A DNA stretch of 64,000 bases from Nitrospinales bacterium (GTDB lineage: Bacteria > Nitrospinota > Nitrospinia > Nitrospinales > VA-1). Below the pieces are notes generated by a model. It made no database searches, was not told the origin of the DNA, and saw only the letters and a list, made by a program, of their open reading frames with translations. Positions 26,763-36,784 of the stretch are shown one piece after another. The stretch lies in assembly GCA_965223795.1 (NCBI GenBank), contig CBDCXL010000002.1, positions 256,001 to 320,000 of the forward strand, read 5' to 3'. Position 1 is the stretch's first letter, and the number at the start of each line of letters is the position of its first letter. A program made the position numbers and the translations under genes.

Positions 26763-29700
26763 ATGTCACGATCCGGAACCTTATCCAGCCTGTGCTTCAA
26801 CCGATGGACGCTTTCCATCCTGGGTCTTGTCATCTTCACGGTGCTGGTGCTGTTCGTCGGGCCGCTGCTGCGCATCGGCGAATGGCAGCCGTTCGCATCG
26901 CCCGGTTCGCGCATCTTCACGATCGTGTGCGCGCTGCTCGTGTGGGCGGTGTTTTACATCGGCCCGCTGCTCGCGGCGCGCAAGACCAACAAGCAGGTGG
27001 TCGAGGAACTGGCGGAGGACAGCGGTTTCCAGACCGGCGAGGAATTCGAAACGCTGTCCGAGGGATTCCAGGACGCACTGCAAGTGCTCAAAACCGCCAG
27101 GCTGGGCAGACCCTGGAGCAAGCGCTACCTCTATCAATTGCCGTGGTTCGTCATCATGGGCCCTCCCGGCGCGGGAAAAACCACGGCGCTGCGCAACTCG
27201 GGACTGAACTTTCCCCTGCAGGACAAGCTGGAAAAGGATTTCGTTCCCGGCGTCGGCGGCACACGCAACTGCGACTGGTGGTTCACGGATGAGGCGGTGC
27301 TGCTGGACACGGCCGGGCGCTACACCACGCAGGACAGCGACCCGCGCGTGGACAAGGCGGGCTGGAACCATTTTCTCGGGCTCATCCGCAAATACCGCAA
27401 GCGGCGGCCGCTGGACGGCGTGCTGGTTTCGTTCAGCCTGACAGACCTGCTTGAGCAGGACCCGGAAGAGAGAAAGCGGCACGCGCGCGCCATCCGCAAG
27501 CGGCTGCAGGAGTTGTCGGCGGAATTGAAGGTCCAGGTTCCGGTGTACCTGATCTTCACCAAGTGCGATCTGGTCGCGGGCTTCATGGAGTTTTTCGACG
27601 AGCTGCCGCGCGAGGAGCGCGACCAGGTCTGGGGAATCACGTTCGATCCCGGCTCGCAGGACGCCGATCCGGTGCGGTCGTTCGCACCGGAATACGATGA
27701 ACTGCTGGACCGGCTGGACCGCAGGATGCTGGCGCGGATGATTCAGGAACGCGATCCGAAACGGCGCGGCGCGCTGTTCGGCTTTTGTCAGCAGATGACA
27801 TCGTTCAAACCGGCGCTCAAACAGTTCATCACGGACACGTTCCAGTTCTCCAAGTTCGAGCCGCCCTGCCTGTTCCGCGGCGTGTATTTTTCCAGCGCGA
27901 CGCAGACCGGCTCGCCGATGGACCGGGTGATCGGCTCCATCTGCGGGGCCCTGGGACTGGACGACACGAGGCTGCCCGCGTTCAGCGGACCGGGCCGCAG
28001 CTATTTCCTCTCCAGCCTGTTGAAAGACGTCGTCTTCAAGGAAGCGGACCTTGCGATCAACACGCACTTTTTCGACAAGTACCGGCCCTGGGTGCAGAAA
28101 GCCGCCTACGCGGCGGGCGTGCTGTTTCTTGTGGGCGCGGGCCTGATCTGGTCGGTGAGCTACGGGAAGAACAAGTCCCTGGTTTCCGATGTGGAGGCGC
28201 AAATCGCCGGGCTGCCGCAAAGCGCCGTTGCGCCGGACGGCCGGGGCCAGCCGCTTCAAGAACTGATCCGCTCGCTGGACATCGTGCACGCCATCCCGCA
28301 CGGGTATAAAGAGCAGCAGCGTCCGGTTCCGGTGTCCATGCAGTTCGGCCTGTTTCAGGGCGAGCGGCTCGGCTCTTCCGCCAGGGACACCTACCTCAGG
28401 ATGCTGAACGCGTCGCTGCTGCCGGAGATCATCGCCAGCCTGGAAGCGCGGATCGAACAAAGCGCGGGCGACATCGACTCCCTGTTCAAGGCGCTGAAGG
28501 TCTACCTGATGTTCTGGAAACCGGCGGACATCATGGATAAAAACTACGCCCGGCTGTGGCTGGATTCGGAGATGGAACAGCGTTATCCCGGCCCGCGCCA
28601 CGAGACGCTGCGCAAGCAGTACAGCGTGCACCTGACGCACCTGCTCGATCATCTAGACCGACCCGCGCCGGTCGATACGGCGCTGATCACCCAGGCGCGC
28701 AAACGCATCTCTTCCAGGCCGCTGCCGCAATTGCTGTACTCCAACATCAAGCAGGAATCCCTCGCCGCCGGGCGCAAGCCGTGGAACCTCGCAGATAAGG
28801 TGGACAGGGCGGATTTTTATTTTCAGCGCAAAAGCGGCGACAGCCTGTCGCTGGGCATTCCCAGCCTGTTCACCTACCAGGGCTACCGGGAAGAGTTTTT
28901 GCCCATGCTCAAAAAGAAAGTGGAATCGGAAACTTCCAAAAACTGGGTTCTGGGTGACGCGTTCATAAAAAAAATGTCCGCGCTGCAACCGGATCAAATT
29001 TCCAAAAAGATCCAGGAATTTTATTTTTCCGAATACGTGCAGCTTTGGGACGCGTATCTGAGGGACATCGGCATCCGCGGCTACAACAATTTCCAGCAGG
29101 CCATCGAAAAGCTGCAGGGGCTTGCGGCCGCCGATTCGCCGATCAAAACCTTCGTGGTGTCGGTGGCGCAGGAAACCGATCTCAGCCGGGAAGCGATTCC
29201 CATTCACGGCAGCAATCCGATTGCGGGCAAGCTTTCCGGAACGGCCAGCAGCCTGGAGCAGGTCGCGTCCGCCGATCCGGGAGGCCTCCTCGGCCGCATC
29301 GCCCCGGAGATCTCCACACCGGTGGACCGGCGCTTCAAGCCCATCGCCCAGTTGACGCAGGCGTCGCCGGACGGCACCGCCGCGATCGACCGGGTTGTGC
29401 AACTGCTCAATGAACTGTACAGCCAGATCAGCAACGCGCAGACCAGCGGCGCCAACCTGATGCGGGATGAATTCAGCCGCGTGATCTCGCGTTTGCAGAT
29501 GCAGGCGCGCGAGCTGCCGCAGCCGCTTTCCGGCTGGGTGCTGACGCTGGCGAACCTGAGCACGAACGTGACCGGCTCCTCGATCCGTTCGCGCCTCAAC
29601 TCAAGCTGGCGGACGAACATCGCGCAGTTCTGCAACGAAGCGCTGGGCAACCGTTATCCGCTGGAAAAGAACAGCCCCAACGACGCGCGGCTGCACGACT

Positions 29701-30293
29701 TCGCCAAGTTCTTCGGCCCGGAAGGACGCATGGACCGGTTTTTCCGCGAGAACCTGAGAGAGATCGTGGACACCAACGCTTCGTCCTGGCGGATGAAACG
29801 GCGGCACGGGATGACGGTCAAAATCTCCAACCGGGCGCTCAGGCAATTGCAATTTGCGGCGAATGTCCGCGAGTCGTTTTTCACCGGAGGCGGCAATCAC
29901 CCGGTGGTCAAGTTCAGCATCCGGCCGCATTCGCTGGGGAAATCCGCCCGCTGGGTGGAGCTGGATGTGGGCGGACAGCGGCTGAAGTTCCGCAACGACG
30001 CGCCGCGCACGCTGGCGATGCAGTGGCCGCCGCCGGACGGCAGGATGTTCGCAAAGGTGACGATCAAACCCAAACGGTCGCCGACGGATACGGTGATCTC
30101 GACCGAAGGGCCGTGGGCGCTGTTCCGCCTGCTGGACAAGGGCACGACCCTGCCCACCACCGAGAAGGACCGCTTCCGCGTGGCCTTCAAGCAGGGCGGG
30201 CAGTCCGCCACGTTTGAGATCGTCGCCGGCAGCATCCACAATCCGTTCTCCCTGACCGGCTCGGGGAATTTCCAATGCCTGGAACGCCTGTGA
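26763..30293 (+). CDS. tssM: T6SS membrane subunit TssM (IcmF)
   Basis: YQLPWF..GPPGAGKTT, CDWWF, DTAGRY, FRGVYFSS, GPWALFRL. Confidence 0.95.
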   Translation: MSRSGTLSSLCFNRWTLSILGLVIFTVLVLFVGPLLRIGEWQPFASPGSRIFTIVCALLVWAVFYIGPLLAARKTNKQVVEELAEDSGFQTGEEFETLSEGFQDALQVLKTARLGRPWSKRYLYQLPWFVIMGPPGAGKTTALRNSGLNFPLQDKLEKDFVPGVGGTRNCDWWFTDEAVLLDTAGRYTTQDSDPRVDKAGWNHFLGLIRKYRKRRPLDGVLVSFSLTDLLEQDPEERKRHARAIRKRLQELSAELKVQVPVYLIFTKCDLVAGFMEFFDELPREERDQVWGITFDPGSQDADPVRSFAPEYDELLDRLDRRMLARMIQERDPKRRGALFGFCQQMTSFKPALKQFITDTFQFSKFEPPCLFRGVYFSSATQTGSPMDRVIGSICGALGLDDTRLPAFSGPGRSYFLSSLLKDVVFKEADLAINTHFFDKYRPWVQKAAYAAGVLFLVGAGLIWSVSYGKNKSLVSDVEAQIAGLPQSAVAPDGRGQPLQELIRSLDIVHAIPHGYKEQQRPVPVSMQFGLFQGERLGSSARDTYLRMLNASLLPEIIASLEARIEQSAGDIDSLFKALKVYLMFWKPADIMDKNYARLWLDSEMEQRYPGPRHETLRKQYSVHLTHLLDHLDRPAPVDTALITQARKRISSRPLPQLLYSNIKQESLAAGRKPWNLADKVDRADFYFQRKSGDSLSLGIPSLFTYQGYREEFLPMLKKKVESETSKNWVLGDAFIKKMSALQPDQISKKIQEFYFSEYVQLWDAYLRDIGIRGYNNFQQAIEKLQGLAAADSPIKTFVVSVAQETDLSREAIPIHGSNPIAGKLSGTASSLEQVASADPGGLLGRIAPEISTPVDRRFKPIAQLTQASPDGTAAIDRVVQLLNELYSQISNAQTSGANLMRDEFSRVISRLQMQARELPQPLSGWVLTLANLSTNVTGSSIRSRLNSSWRTNIAQFCNEALGNRYPLEKNSPNDARLHDFAKFFGPEGRMDRFFRENLREIVDTNASSWRMKRRHGMTVKISNRALRQLQFAANVRESFFTGGGNHPVVKFSIRPHSLGKSARWVELDVGGQRLKFRNDAPRTLAMQWPPPDGRMFAKVTIKPKRSPTDTVISTEGPWALFRLLDKGTTLPTTEKDRFRVAFKQGGQSATFEIVAGSIHNPFSLTGSGNFQCLERL

Positions 30294-30997
30294 CCGCCGC
30301 GCCCGCGGCGATCGGGTTTTACGGCAAGGCGGTCACGCACGGCGATTTCCTGTCGCGCAGCCTGCCCAATGCGTTTCTCAACCCCTGGGAAGCCTGGCTC
30401 AACCGCGGCCTGGCCGCGAGCAAAACGCAGCTCGGCGAAGAATGGCTGCCTCACTACCTTTCCGCGCCCATCTGGCGGTTCGCGCTGTCGGCGAATCTCT
30501 GCGGGGAAGCAGCAGCAGCCGGGATTCTCATGCCGAGCGTCGATTCTATCGGGCGGCACTTTCCCATGACGCTGGCCTGCCTGCTGAAAAACGCCCCGCC
30601 GGTTGAAGTGTATGCAAACAATCAGGACTGGTTTTCGCAATGCGAGGACGCCGCCCTCACCTGCCTGGAAGAAACCTTCGTCGTAGAGAGCTTCGGCACC
30701 CGGTTAGAAGGCATCGGCAAACTGGCCGATGACAATGGAAACGGGGCCGTCTCCACGAAAAAGTTTGTAATTCAGGAAGGAAGTGGTTTGGGTGTGAACC
30801 TGAGACAACCGGGAGAAAATCCGGATTGGAACACGTTGTCGTTTACAGCATGGGACGCGCTGACGAAAGAACGGTTCGGCGCGTACAGCCTGTGGTGGAG
30901 CACCGGTTCCGAAACCGTTTCCCCGACGCTCCTTACCTTTAAAGGCATGCCCGGAGAGAACGAATTTGCGCGGTTTTTAAGGGCGACTGAAGATTGA
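30275..30997 (+). CDS. tagF: T6SS-associated repressor TagF
   Basis: GFYGK...HGDF, PIWRF, PSVDSIGRHFP and SLWWS motifs. Follows tssM. Confidence 0.92.
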   Translation: MPGTPVTAAPAAIGFYGKAVTHGDFLSRSLPNAFLNPWEAWLNRGLAASKTQLGEEWLPHYLSAPIWRFALSANLCGEAAAAGILMPSVDSIGRHFPMTLACLLKNAPPVEVYANNQDWFSQCEDAALTCLEETFVVESFGTRLEGIGKLADDNGNGAVSTKKFVIQEGSGLGVNLRQPGENPDWNTLSFTAWDALTKERFGAYSLWWSTGSETVSPTLLTFKGMPGENEFARFLRATED

Positions 30998-31012
30998 ATC
31001 TTTCTTCGTTCC

Positions 31013-31300
31013 TCATCCACCAATAAGTACGGTCGGACAGCCGGCGACGATGGTGCCGCCGTGGGCGGTGGTCGAACCCAGACGCGCGGCGGGTTTGCCG
31101 CCGATGTGAACCGTCATGCTGCCCATCACGATGCTGTCCGGCGGTCCGGCGCAGGTGCAGGGCGTGCCGACATTCGCGGCAGGCAGGTTGGCGATGAGAA
31201 CGGTGGGCGCTCCCGGCGGCAGAACGGGACCCCCTACGTGGGGCTTGGGCCCGTCGAACATCGGGCAGACGTGCATGTCGGTGACGCGTGCGGCCAGCAT
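31013..31300 (-). CDS. PAAR spike-tip protein
   Basis: AARVTD.H.CP, PAAN.G, KPAARLG..TAHGG, TVLIGG. Confidence 0.93.
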   Translation of the reverse strand: MLAARVTDMHVCPMFDGPKPHVGGPVLPPGAPTVLIANLPAANVGTPCTCAGPPDSIVMGSMTVHIGGKPAARLGSTTAHGGTIVAGCPTVLIGG

Positions 31301-31321
31301 GCGTTTTTCCTCATAGACAGG

Positions 31322-31921
31322 TTATGATGTCGTATTGCCCTTCCCGCCTTTGGCGATGTCGATGCCGCGCTCCAGCAGGAATTTGTACTTCTCTTCGGAA
31401 TTCTCCGGGCCGGATTCCACGACGGCGAGCAGCACCGCGCCCCCAACGGCGCGGCCGGTCAGCTCGGGCGCGGGCGGCACCGCGGGAAGATCGGGCGCGA
31501 CCATGCTGCCGCCGCTCCAGAACGCGCCGACGGCGGCCCAGCCTGCCGAGTTTTGAAACTCGGTGGCTTCGGCAGCGGCCATCGTTTTTCTGCGGTTTTC
31601 CTCGGAGGGCTCGACCACCCACGCTTCCGCCGCTTTCACGGCTGCCTCTCGTTCGGCGTCCAGTTTCGCCTGCGCCTTGCGCGCGCTCAGGCAGGCCCAC
31701 CACACTGCCTCCCGCCTGGGCAGCGCCATGGCGAGAAACTGCACGGCTTCGGGATACTGCCCGTTCTCGATGAGCCGCTCAAGAAAACGCGCGGGCGTGC
31801 TTTCCGCGTCCAGCGACGAGAGCGTTGCCGCATCCAGTTCCAGATACTGCAACACTTCCCTTGCGGTGGGCGCTTTCAGTTTGACGTATTCGCCATCCTG
31901 CGTCTGGGTCTGCGTGTTCAT
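31322..31921 (-). CDS. Conserved helical protein between vgrG and PAAR (DUF6931-like)
   Basis: LA.ALP.REAVWWAC, AAEAWV.EP.EENR and AFWSGGSM motifs, recalled from vgrG-PAAR-associated genes. Confidence 0.7.
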   Translation of the reverse strand: MNTQTQTQDGEYVKLKAPTAREVLQYLELDAATLSSLDAESTPARFLERLIENGQYPEAVQFLAMALPRREAVWWACLSARKAQAKLDAEREAAVKAAEAWVVEPSEENRRKTMAAAEATEFQNSAGWAAVGAFWSGGSMVAPDLPAVPPAPELTGRAVGGAVLLAVVESGPENSEEKYKFLLERGIDIAKGGKGNTTS

Positions 31922-31944
31922 GGTGTCTCCCGCAATCCTGCCGT

Positions 31945-33780
31945 TCAGTTGATCTTGACGATGCCGCCTTTCACGTTAGTCATCGCGGAGCCTTGAACGT
32001 TGACCATCGTGGCCTTGAGGTCCGCCTTGGCCTTGCCCTTGAAGTCGAGCATGGTGCCGTTGATGCTGACGCCCTTGTTGTCGATGATCACCGTGTTGCT
32101 TCCCACCTTCAGCTTGATTTCCTGCAGCGAGTCGATCAGCACTTTGCCCTTCACCTTTTGCGTGGCTTTGCCGTCCACGTTCTCGGTGAGATCCTTGCCA
32201 ATGGTGATGGTTTCGTTCTTTGTCACTTCGCGTTTGCGGTCGTTGAGCACCTTTTCGGTGAGATCGTTCTCGATGGTGCTTTCCATGTCATGCTGCCCGT
32301 GCAGGCGGATGAGCTCCTCGCCCTTGCTGTCGTCCATCACGAACTCGTTGTAACCGCCTCCGCCCTTGCTGCTGTTGCTTTTCACGCCGCTGATCTCTTT
32401 TTTGCCGGGGAGCGGATACGGCGGCTTGTTGTCGCCGTTGTACACGCGGCCGGTGATGATGGGGCAGTCCGGGTCGCCTTCGATGAAATCGACGATCACT
32501 TCCTGACCGATGCGCGGCGTGTGGATGCCGCCCCAGCTGCTGCCCGCCCAGGGATGCGACACGCGGATCCAGCAGGAGCTGTTTTCATCGTGCTTGCCTT
32601 CGCGGTCCCAGTGAAACTGCACCTTCACGCGGCCGTGCTCGTCGGGATAGATCTCCTCGCCTTTGGGCCCGGTGACGACGGCGGTCTGCGGCCCCTGGAC
32701 GAAGGGCTTGGGCGTGACGCGCGCCGGACGGAACGGCCGCTCCTCTTCGATCGCGGTGAATTCGCAGCGGCAGGGCGACTGCGTCATGGCGGCGCTGGTG
32801 GCTTCGTAATCTTCGACCACCAGAATGTTGCGTGTGGAAACGATGAGGTAGCGCTTGTTCTGGTCCTGCCGCGGGTACTGGGTCAATTCGAACAGGCCGC
32901 CGCAATGAAACCCGCCGACGTTTCCCTGACCGACCGCACGGTGATACTGGGCCTGGATCTCTTCCAGACGGATGCGGGTGTATTTTTCGCCGTCCGCGTT
33001 TTCCTGATACCTGCCGGGATAATCGTACATCTCAAAATCGGCGTGGGAGTGATCGAACGGATTGCGCGAGGCCGCTTCCAGGTTGGCCTTGGGCTTTTTG
33101 AAATTGAAATCCCGCAGCGTCACCTCCCCAGAACGCGCTTCTTTCACGAAGCGCCAGTGGGAGATGTTGTCCCGGCTGCGGCGGTCTTCGTTGCCGGGCG
33201 GGTAGTAGGGGACCTGTTCGTAACCTTCGATCAGATCGTGGCCGCTCAATGAATCGGTGAGCACCAGCATGTGCTTGGCATCGTCGTGCTTGAAATAGTA
33301 ATAGATCCCCTCTTCCTCCATCAGGCGGCTGACGAAATCGAATTCCGTTTCGCGGTACTGCACGCAGTAATCCCGGGACGGATAGCTGCCGCTCAGGCGG
33401 TTCTCGAAATCGGTGAAGCCGCTGTCCCGGAAAATGGACTGGACGATGTCGGGAACGGATTGATTCTGGAAAATCCGGCAGCCGGACTTGAGCTTCAGAA
33501 ACCACAGCCAGGGGCTGAGCGTGGCGCGGTAGGAGGCATAGCGGCCGCGGCTTTCCTGGTAGCAGAACTGGGTGACGTGACCGTCGAAATAGCGTTTGCG
33601 CTCTTCGTGGGTCAACAGCGAGCACACGCTCATTTTCTTTCCCAGAACCTGGTCGAGGTCGATGTCGTGGTCTTCGCTGATCAGCTCCAGATTGTATTCG
33701 AACAGCCCGCTCATCGATTCGACCGCGTCCATGCGCTGAAACATGAGCGCGTCTTCGCCCAATGGACTGGAAACCGTCAC
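31945..33780 (-). CDS. vgrG: VgrG (TssI), non-evolved; original start apparently at 33930, separated by an insertion
   Basis: RIFQ, YCVQYRETEF.FVSRLMEEEG, GPQTAVVTG, GRVKVQFHWDR, PRIGQEV. No C-terminal effector extension. Confidence 0.93.
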   Translation of the reverse strand: MTVSSPLGEDALMFQRMDAVESMSGLFEYNLELISEDHDIDLDQVLGKKMSVCSLLTHEERKRYFDGHVTQFCYQESRGRYASYRATLSPWLWFLKLKSGCRIFQNQSVPDIVQSIFRDSGFTDFENRLSGSYPSRDYCVQYRETEFDFVSRLMEEEGIYYYFKHDDAKHMLVLTDSLSGHDLIEGYEQVPYYPPGNEDRRSRDNISHWRFVKEARSGEVTLRDFNFKKPKANLEAASRNPFDHSHADFEMYDYPGRYQENADGEKYTRIRLEEIQAQYHRAVGQGNVGGFHCGGLFELTQYPRQDQNKRYLIVSTRNILVVEDYEATSAAMTQSPCRCEFTAIEEERPFRPARVTPKPFVQGPQTAVVTGPKGEEIYPDEHGRVKVQFHWDREGKHDENSSCWIRVSHPWAGSSWGGIHTPRIGQEVIVDFIEGDPDCPIITGRVYNGDNKPPYPLPGKKEISGVKSNSSKGGGGYNEFVMDDSKGEELIRLHGQHDMESTIENDLTEKVLNDRKREVTKNETITIGKDLTENVDGKATQKVKGKVLIDSLQEIKLKVGSNTVIIDNKGVSINGTMLDFKGKAKADLKATMVNVQGSAMTNVKGGIVKIN

Positions 33781-33903
33781 CTTTCTACAATTTGATGATC
33801 AGATGAAATTCGCCTGAGCATAGTTTGTTGTAAGCCACATTTGAAATAAGTAAATAAACAAGTGCTTGTGGGCTAAGTTTATCTTCGATTATTGGTCTGC
33901 TCC
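33781..33903. mobile_element. 123-bp AT-rich MITE-like insertion in the 5' end of vgrG
   Basis: Flanked by CCTT direct repeats (33780-83, 33903-06). Subterminal imperfect inverted repeats (33801-14 vs 33871-84, 11/14 match). Removal restores MTKNDSGRK-VTVSSPLG. Confidence 0.6.
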
Positions 33904-33941
33904 CTTCCTGCCCGAATCGTTTTTTGTCATGGGCCTTCGCC

Positions 33942-36707
33942 TCATTCGAACGCATAGGAAAACGTCTCTCCCTCCACGCCCACCCGCACGTTCTGAATGG
34001 ATTTGCCTTCCATCATGTGCTTTAAAAACGCGTCGCTGATCTCGGGCAGGATGGTGTGGGTGAGGATGGCGTCGATCATGCGGCCGCCGCTCTCCAGCTG
34101 GCTGCAGCGGCTCATGATGAGATCGACGACGGCGTCGTCACAGCCGAACGGCACACCGTGCGTTTCGCGGATGCGCGCCTCGATCCTCGACAACTGCAGG
34201 CGGATGATGTTGCCGATCATCGCCGTGTCCAGCGGATAATAGGGAATGGTGATCAACCGGCCCAGCAGCGCCGCCGGAAACACCTTGAGGAGCGGGTCGC
34301 GCAGCGCCTGGGCGAGGGTCTCCGGGTCGGGCCGGTTTTCCGCGTCGCGGCACAGATCCAGGATGAGGTCGCTGCCGACATTGGAGGTCAGGATGATGAG
34401 CGTGTTCTTGAAGTCGATCAGACGGCCTTCGCCGTCCTCCATGACGCCCTTGTCGAACACCTGGAAAAAGATCTCGTGCACGTCGGCGTGCGCTTTTTCC
34501 ACTTCATCCAGCAGCACCACGCTGTACGGCTTGCGGCGCACGGCCTCGGTCAGCACGCCGCCCTCGCCGTAGCCGACGTAACCGGGGGGCGCGCCTTTCA
34601 GGGTGGAAACGGTGTGGGCCTCCTGAAATTCGCTCATGTTGATGGTGATGACGTTGTGCTCGCCGCCGTACAGGCCTTCGGCCAGCGCCAGGGCGGTCTC
34701 GGTCTTGCCGACGCCGCTGGGGCCGCACAGCAGGAACACACCGATCGGCCTGCCCGGATTGTCGAGACCGGCGCGCGAGGTCTTGACCCTTTTGCCGATG
34801 GCTTCCAGCGCGTAACGCTGGCCGATGACCCGCTTGCCCAGCGTGTCGGGCAGGTCGAGTACGGCCTGGATCTCGTTGCGCACCATGCGGCCGACGGGGA
34901 TGCCGGTCCAGTCCGCGACCACGGAGGCCACCGCCTGCTCGTGCACACAGGGCAGGATGAGGGGCTGCTCGCCCTGAATTTCGGAAAGCTGCGCTTCCAG
35001 TTGCTTGAGACGTTCGACCTGTTGCTGCTTTTTTTTCTCCTGATCGTTTTCGCCTTGTTCCAGAGCTTCGGCGCTCTGGGACGGATCGGGAGCGGCTCCC
35101 GCTTCCTGCGCCTCGGCTTCCCGCACGGCGGTGGCTTCCAGTTTGTGCGCGCCTTCGCCGTTTTTCTGTGGATGCGCGAGGCCGTAGCGCAGTTGGACAA
35201 TCTCATCGACGAGTTTTTTCTCATCCTGCCAGCGCGTTTCCAGTTTGGACAGGTCCTCTTTTTCCAGCTCCAATGCTTCGGTCAACTCACGCTCGCGCTT
35301 GGAAACATCGTGGCCCTGGGATTTTTCCCGCGCGAGGATCTCCTGCTCGATCTCCAGCGCCTCGATGCGGCGTCTGCTGTCGTCCACGCGCGCGGGCTGC
35401 GCGTGCACACTGATCGCGACGCGCGCGCAGGCAGTGTCGAGCAGGCTCACGGCCTTGTCGGGCAGCTGCCGCGCCGGGATGTAGCGGCTGGAAAGCTGCA
35501 CGGCGGCCGCCAGCGCCTCGTCGAGGATCTGCACGTTGTGGTGCTTTTCCATGGTGGCGGTCAGGCAGCGCATCATCCAGAGGGCTTTCTCCTCGCCGGG
35601 CTCGTCGATGTGCACGGGCTGAAAGCGGCGGGTGAGCGCCGGGTCTTTCTCGATGTATTTTTTATATTCCGCCCAGGTGGTGGCCGCGACGGTGCGCAGC
35701 GTGCCGCGCGCCAATGCAGGTTTTAAAAGATTCGCCGCGTCGCCGGTTCCCTGCGCGCCGCCCGCGCCGATCAGGGTATGGGCCTCGTCGATGAACAGGA
35801 TGATGGGTTTGGGCGAGGCCTGCACTTCCTCGATCACCTGGCGCAGGCGGTTTTCGAATTCGCCTTTCATGCTGGCGCCCGCCTGCAACAACCCCACATC
35901 GAGCGTGCGCAGGGTGACGTTTTTGAGCGGCGGCGGCACGTCGCCCGCGGCGATCCTGAGCGCGAAGCCCTCGACCACGGCGGTCTTGCCGACGCCCGCT
36001 TCGCCGGTGAGGATGGGATTGTTCTGCCTGCGGCGCATGAGGATGTCGACAATCTGCCGGATCTCGTTGTCGCGGCCGACGACGGGATCGATCTTGCCGT
36101 TTTTCGCCGCTTCGGTGAGATCCACGGAAAACCGCGCCAGCGCCTCCTGCCTGCCCATTTCCGGGGCGGCCATCGCATCGCTGGATTCCCCCGGAGCCGC
36201 TTCGGGCGCGCCCTCCCCTGCGCCGGCGTCCTCGGGCGAGGCGTGGACGATTTCTCTGAACTCGTCACCGAGGGCGTCGAGCTTGACCTTGCCGAACTCT
36301 TCGGACAGCCCCAGCAGCGCGTTTCTGAGTGAGGGCGTTTTCAGGATGGAAAAGACGAGGTGGCCGGAACGCACGCGCGCATCGCTGAACAGCAGGGTCG
36401 CGTACACCCAGCCGCGCTCGACGGCTTCCTCCACATGGGCGGACAGGTCGGAGATCGAGGTCGCGCCGCGCGGCAGCCGGTCCAAAGACTCTGTGAGCTG
36501 GCGGGACAACCGGGAGGCGTCGAGCTCGAAGCGGTTGACGATGCGGTGCAGGTCCGAATCCTGCAGCTGAATGATCTGGTGCAGCCAGTGCGCCAGCTCG
36601 ACATAAGGATTGCCGCGCAGTTTGCAAAACACGGTGGCGCCTTCGATGGCTTTGTAGCAAAGCGGATTGAGTTTTCCGAACAGGGTCGCGCGGCTGATGT
36701 CGGCCAT
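33942..36707 (-). CDS. tssH: T6SS AAA+ ATPase TssH/ClpV
   Basis: LFGKLN..RGNPYVEL.HW N-terminus; Walker A motifs GEAGVGKT and GPSGVGKT. Confidence 0.96.
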   Translation of the reverse strand: MADISRATLFGKLNPLCYKAIEGATVFCKLRGNPYVELAHWLHQIIQLQDSDLHRIVNRFELDASRLSRQLTESLDRLPRGATSISDLSAHVEEAVERGWVYATLLFSDARVRSGHLVFSILKTPSLRNALLGLSEEFGKVKLDALGDEFREIVHASPEDAGAGEGAPEAAPGESSDAMAAPEMGRQEALARFSVDLTEAAKNGKIDPVVGRDNEIRQIVDILMRRRQNNPILTGEAGVGKTAVVEGFALRIAAGDVPPPLKNVTLRTLDVGLLQAGASMKGEFENRLRQVIEEVQASPKPIILFIDEAHTLIGAGGAQGTGDAANLLKPALARGTLRTVAATTWAEYKKYIEKDPALTRRFQPVHIDEPGEEKALWMMRCLTATMEKHHNVQILDEALAAAVQLSSRYIPARQLPDKAVSLLDTACARVAISVHAQPARVDDSRRRIEALEIEQEILAREKSQGHDVSKRERELTEALELEKEDLSKLETRWQDEKKLVDEIVQLRYGLAHPQKNGEGAHKLEATAVREAEAQEAGAAPDPSQSAEALEQGENDQEKKKQQQVERLKQLEAQLSEIQGEQPLILPCVHEQAVASVVADWTGIPVGRMVRNEIQAVLDLPDTLGKRVIGQRYALEAIGKRVKTSRAGLDNPGRPIGVFLLCGPSGVGKTETALALAEGLYGGEHNVITINMSEFQEAHTVSTLKGAPPGYVGYGEGGVLTEAVRRKPYSVVLLDEVEKAHADVHEIFFQVFDKGVMEDGEGRLIDFKNTLIILTSNVGSDLILDLCRDAENRPDPETLAQALRDPLLKVFPAALLGRLITIPYYPLDTAMIGNIIRLQLSRIEARIRETHGVPFGCDDAVVDLIMSRCSQLESGGRMIDAILTHTILPEISDAFLKHMMEGKSIQNVRVGVEGETFSYAFE

Positions 36708-36784
36708 GACGTCGCTCCCGGATTGAGGTTCGTTTCTCTGCAAAACGCGAAGCGCTTTGCGATTTCGTTTTTATGCCGCGGCGT

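Noticed and set aside
31322..31921. Immunity gene for a T6SS toxin
   Set aside because: No cognate toxin is adjacent. Its position between vgrG and PAAR fits a structural or adaptor role better.
33781..33903. Self-splicing intron in vgrG
   Set aside because: At 123 nt it is too short for group I/II cores and no such motifs are visible; treated as a MITE-like insertion.
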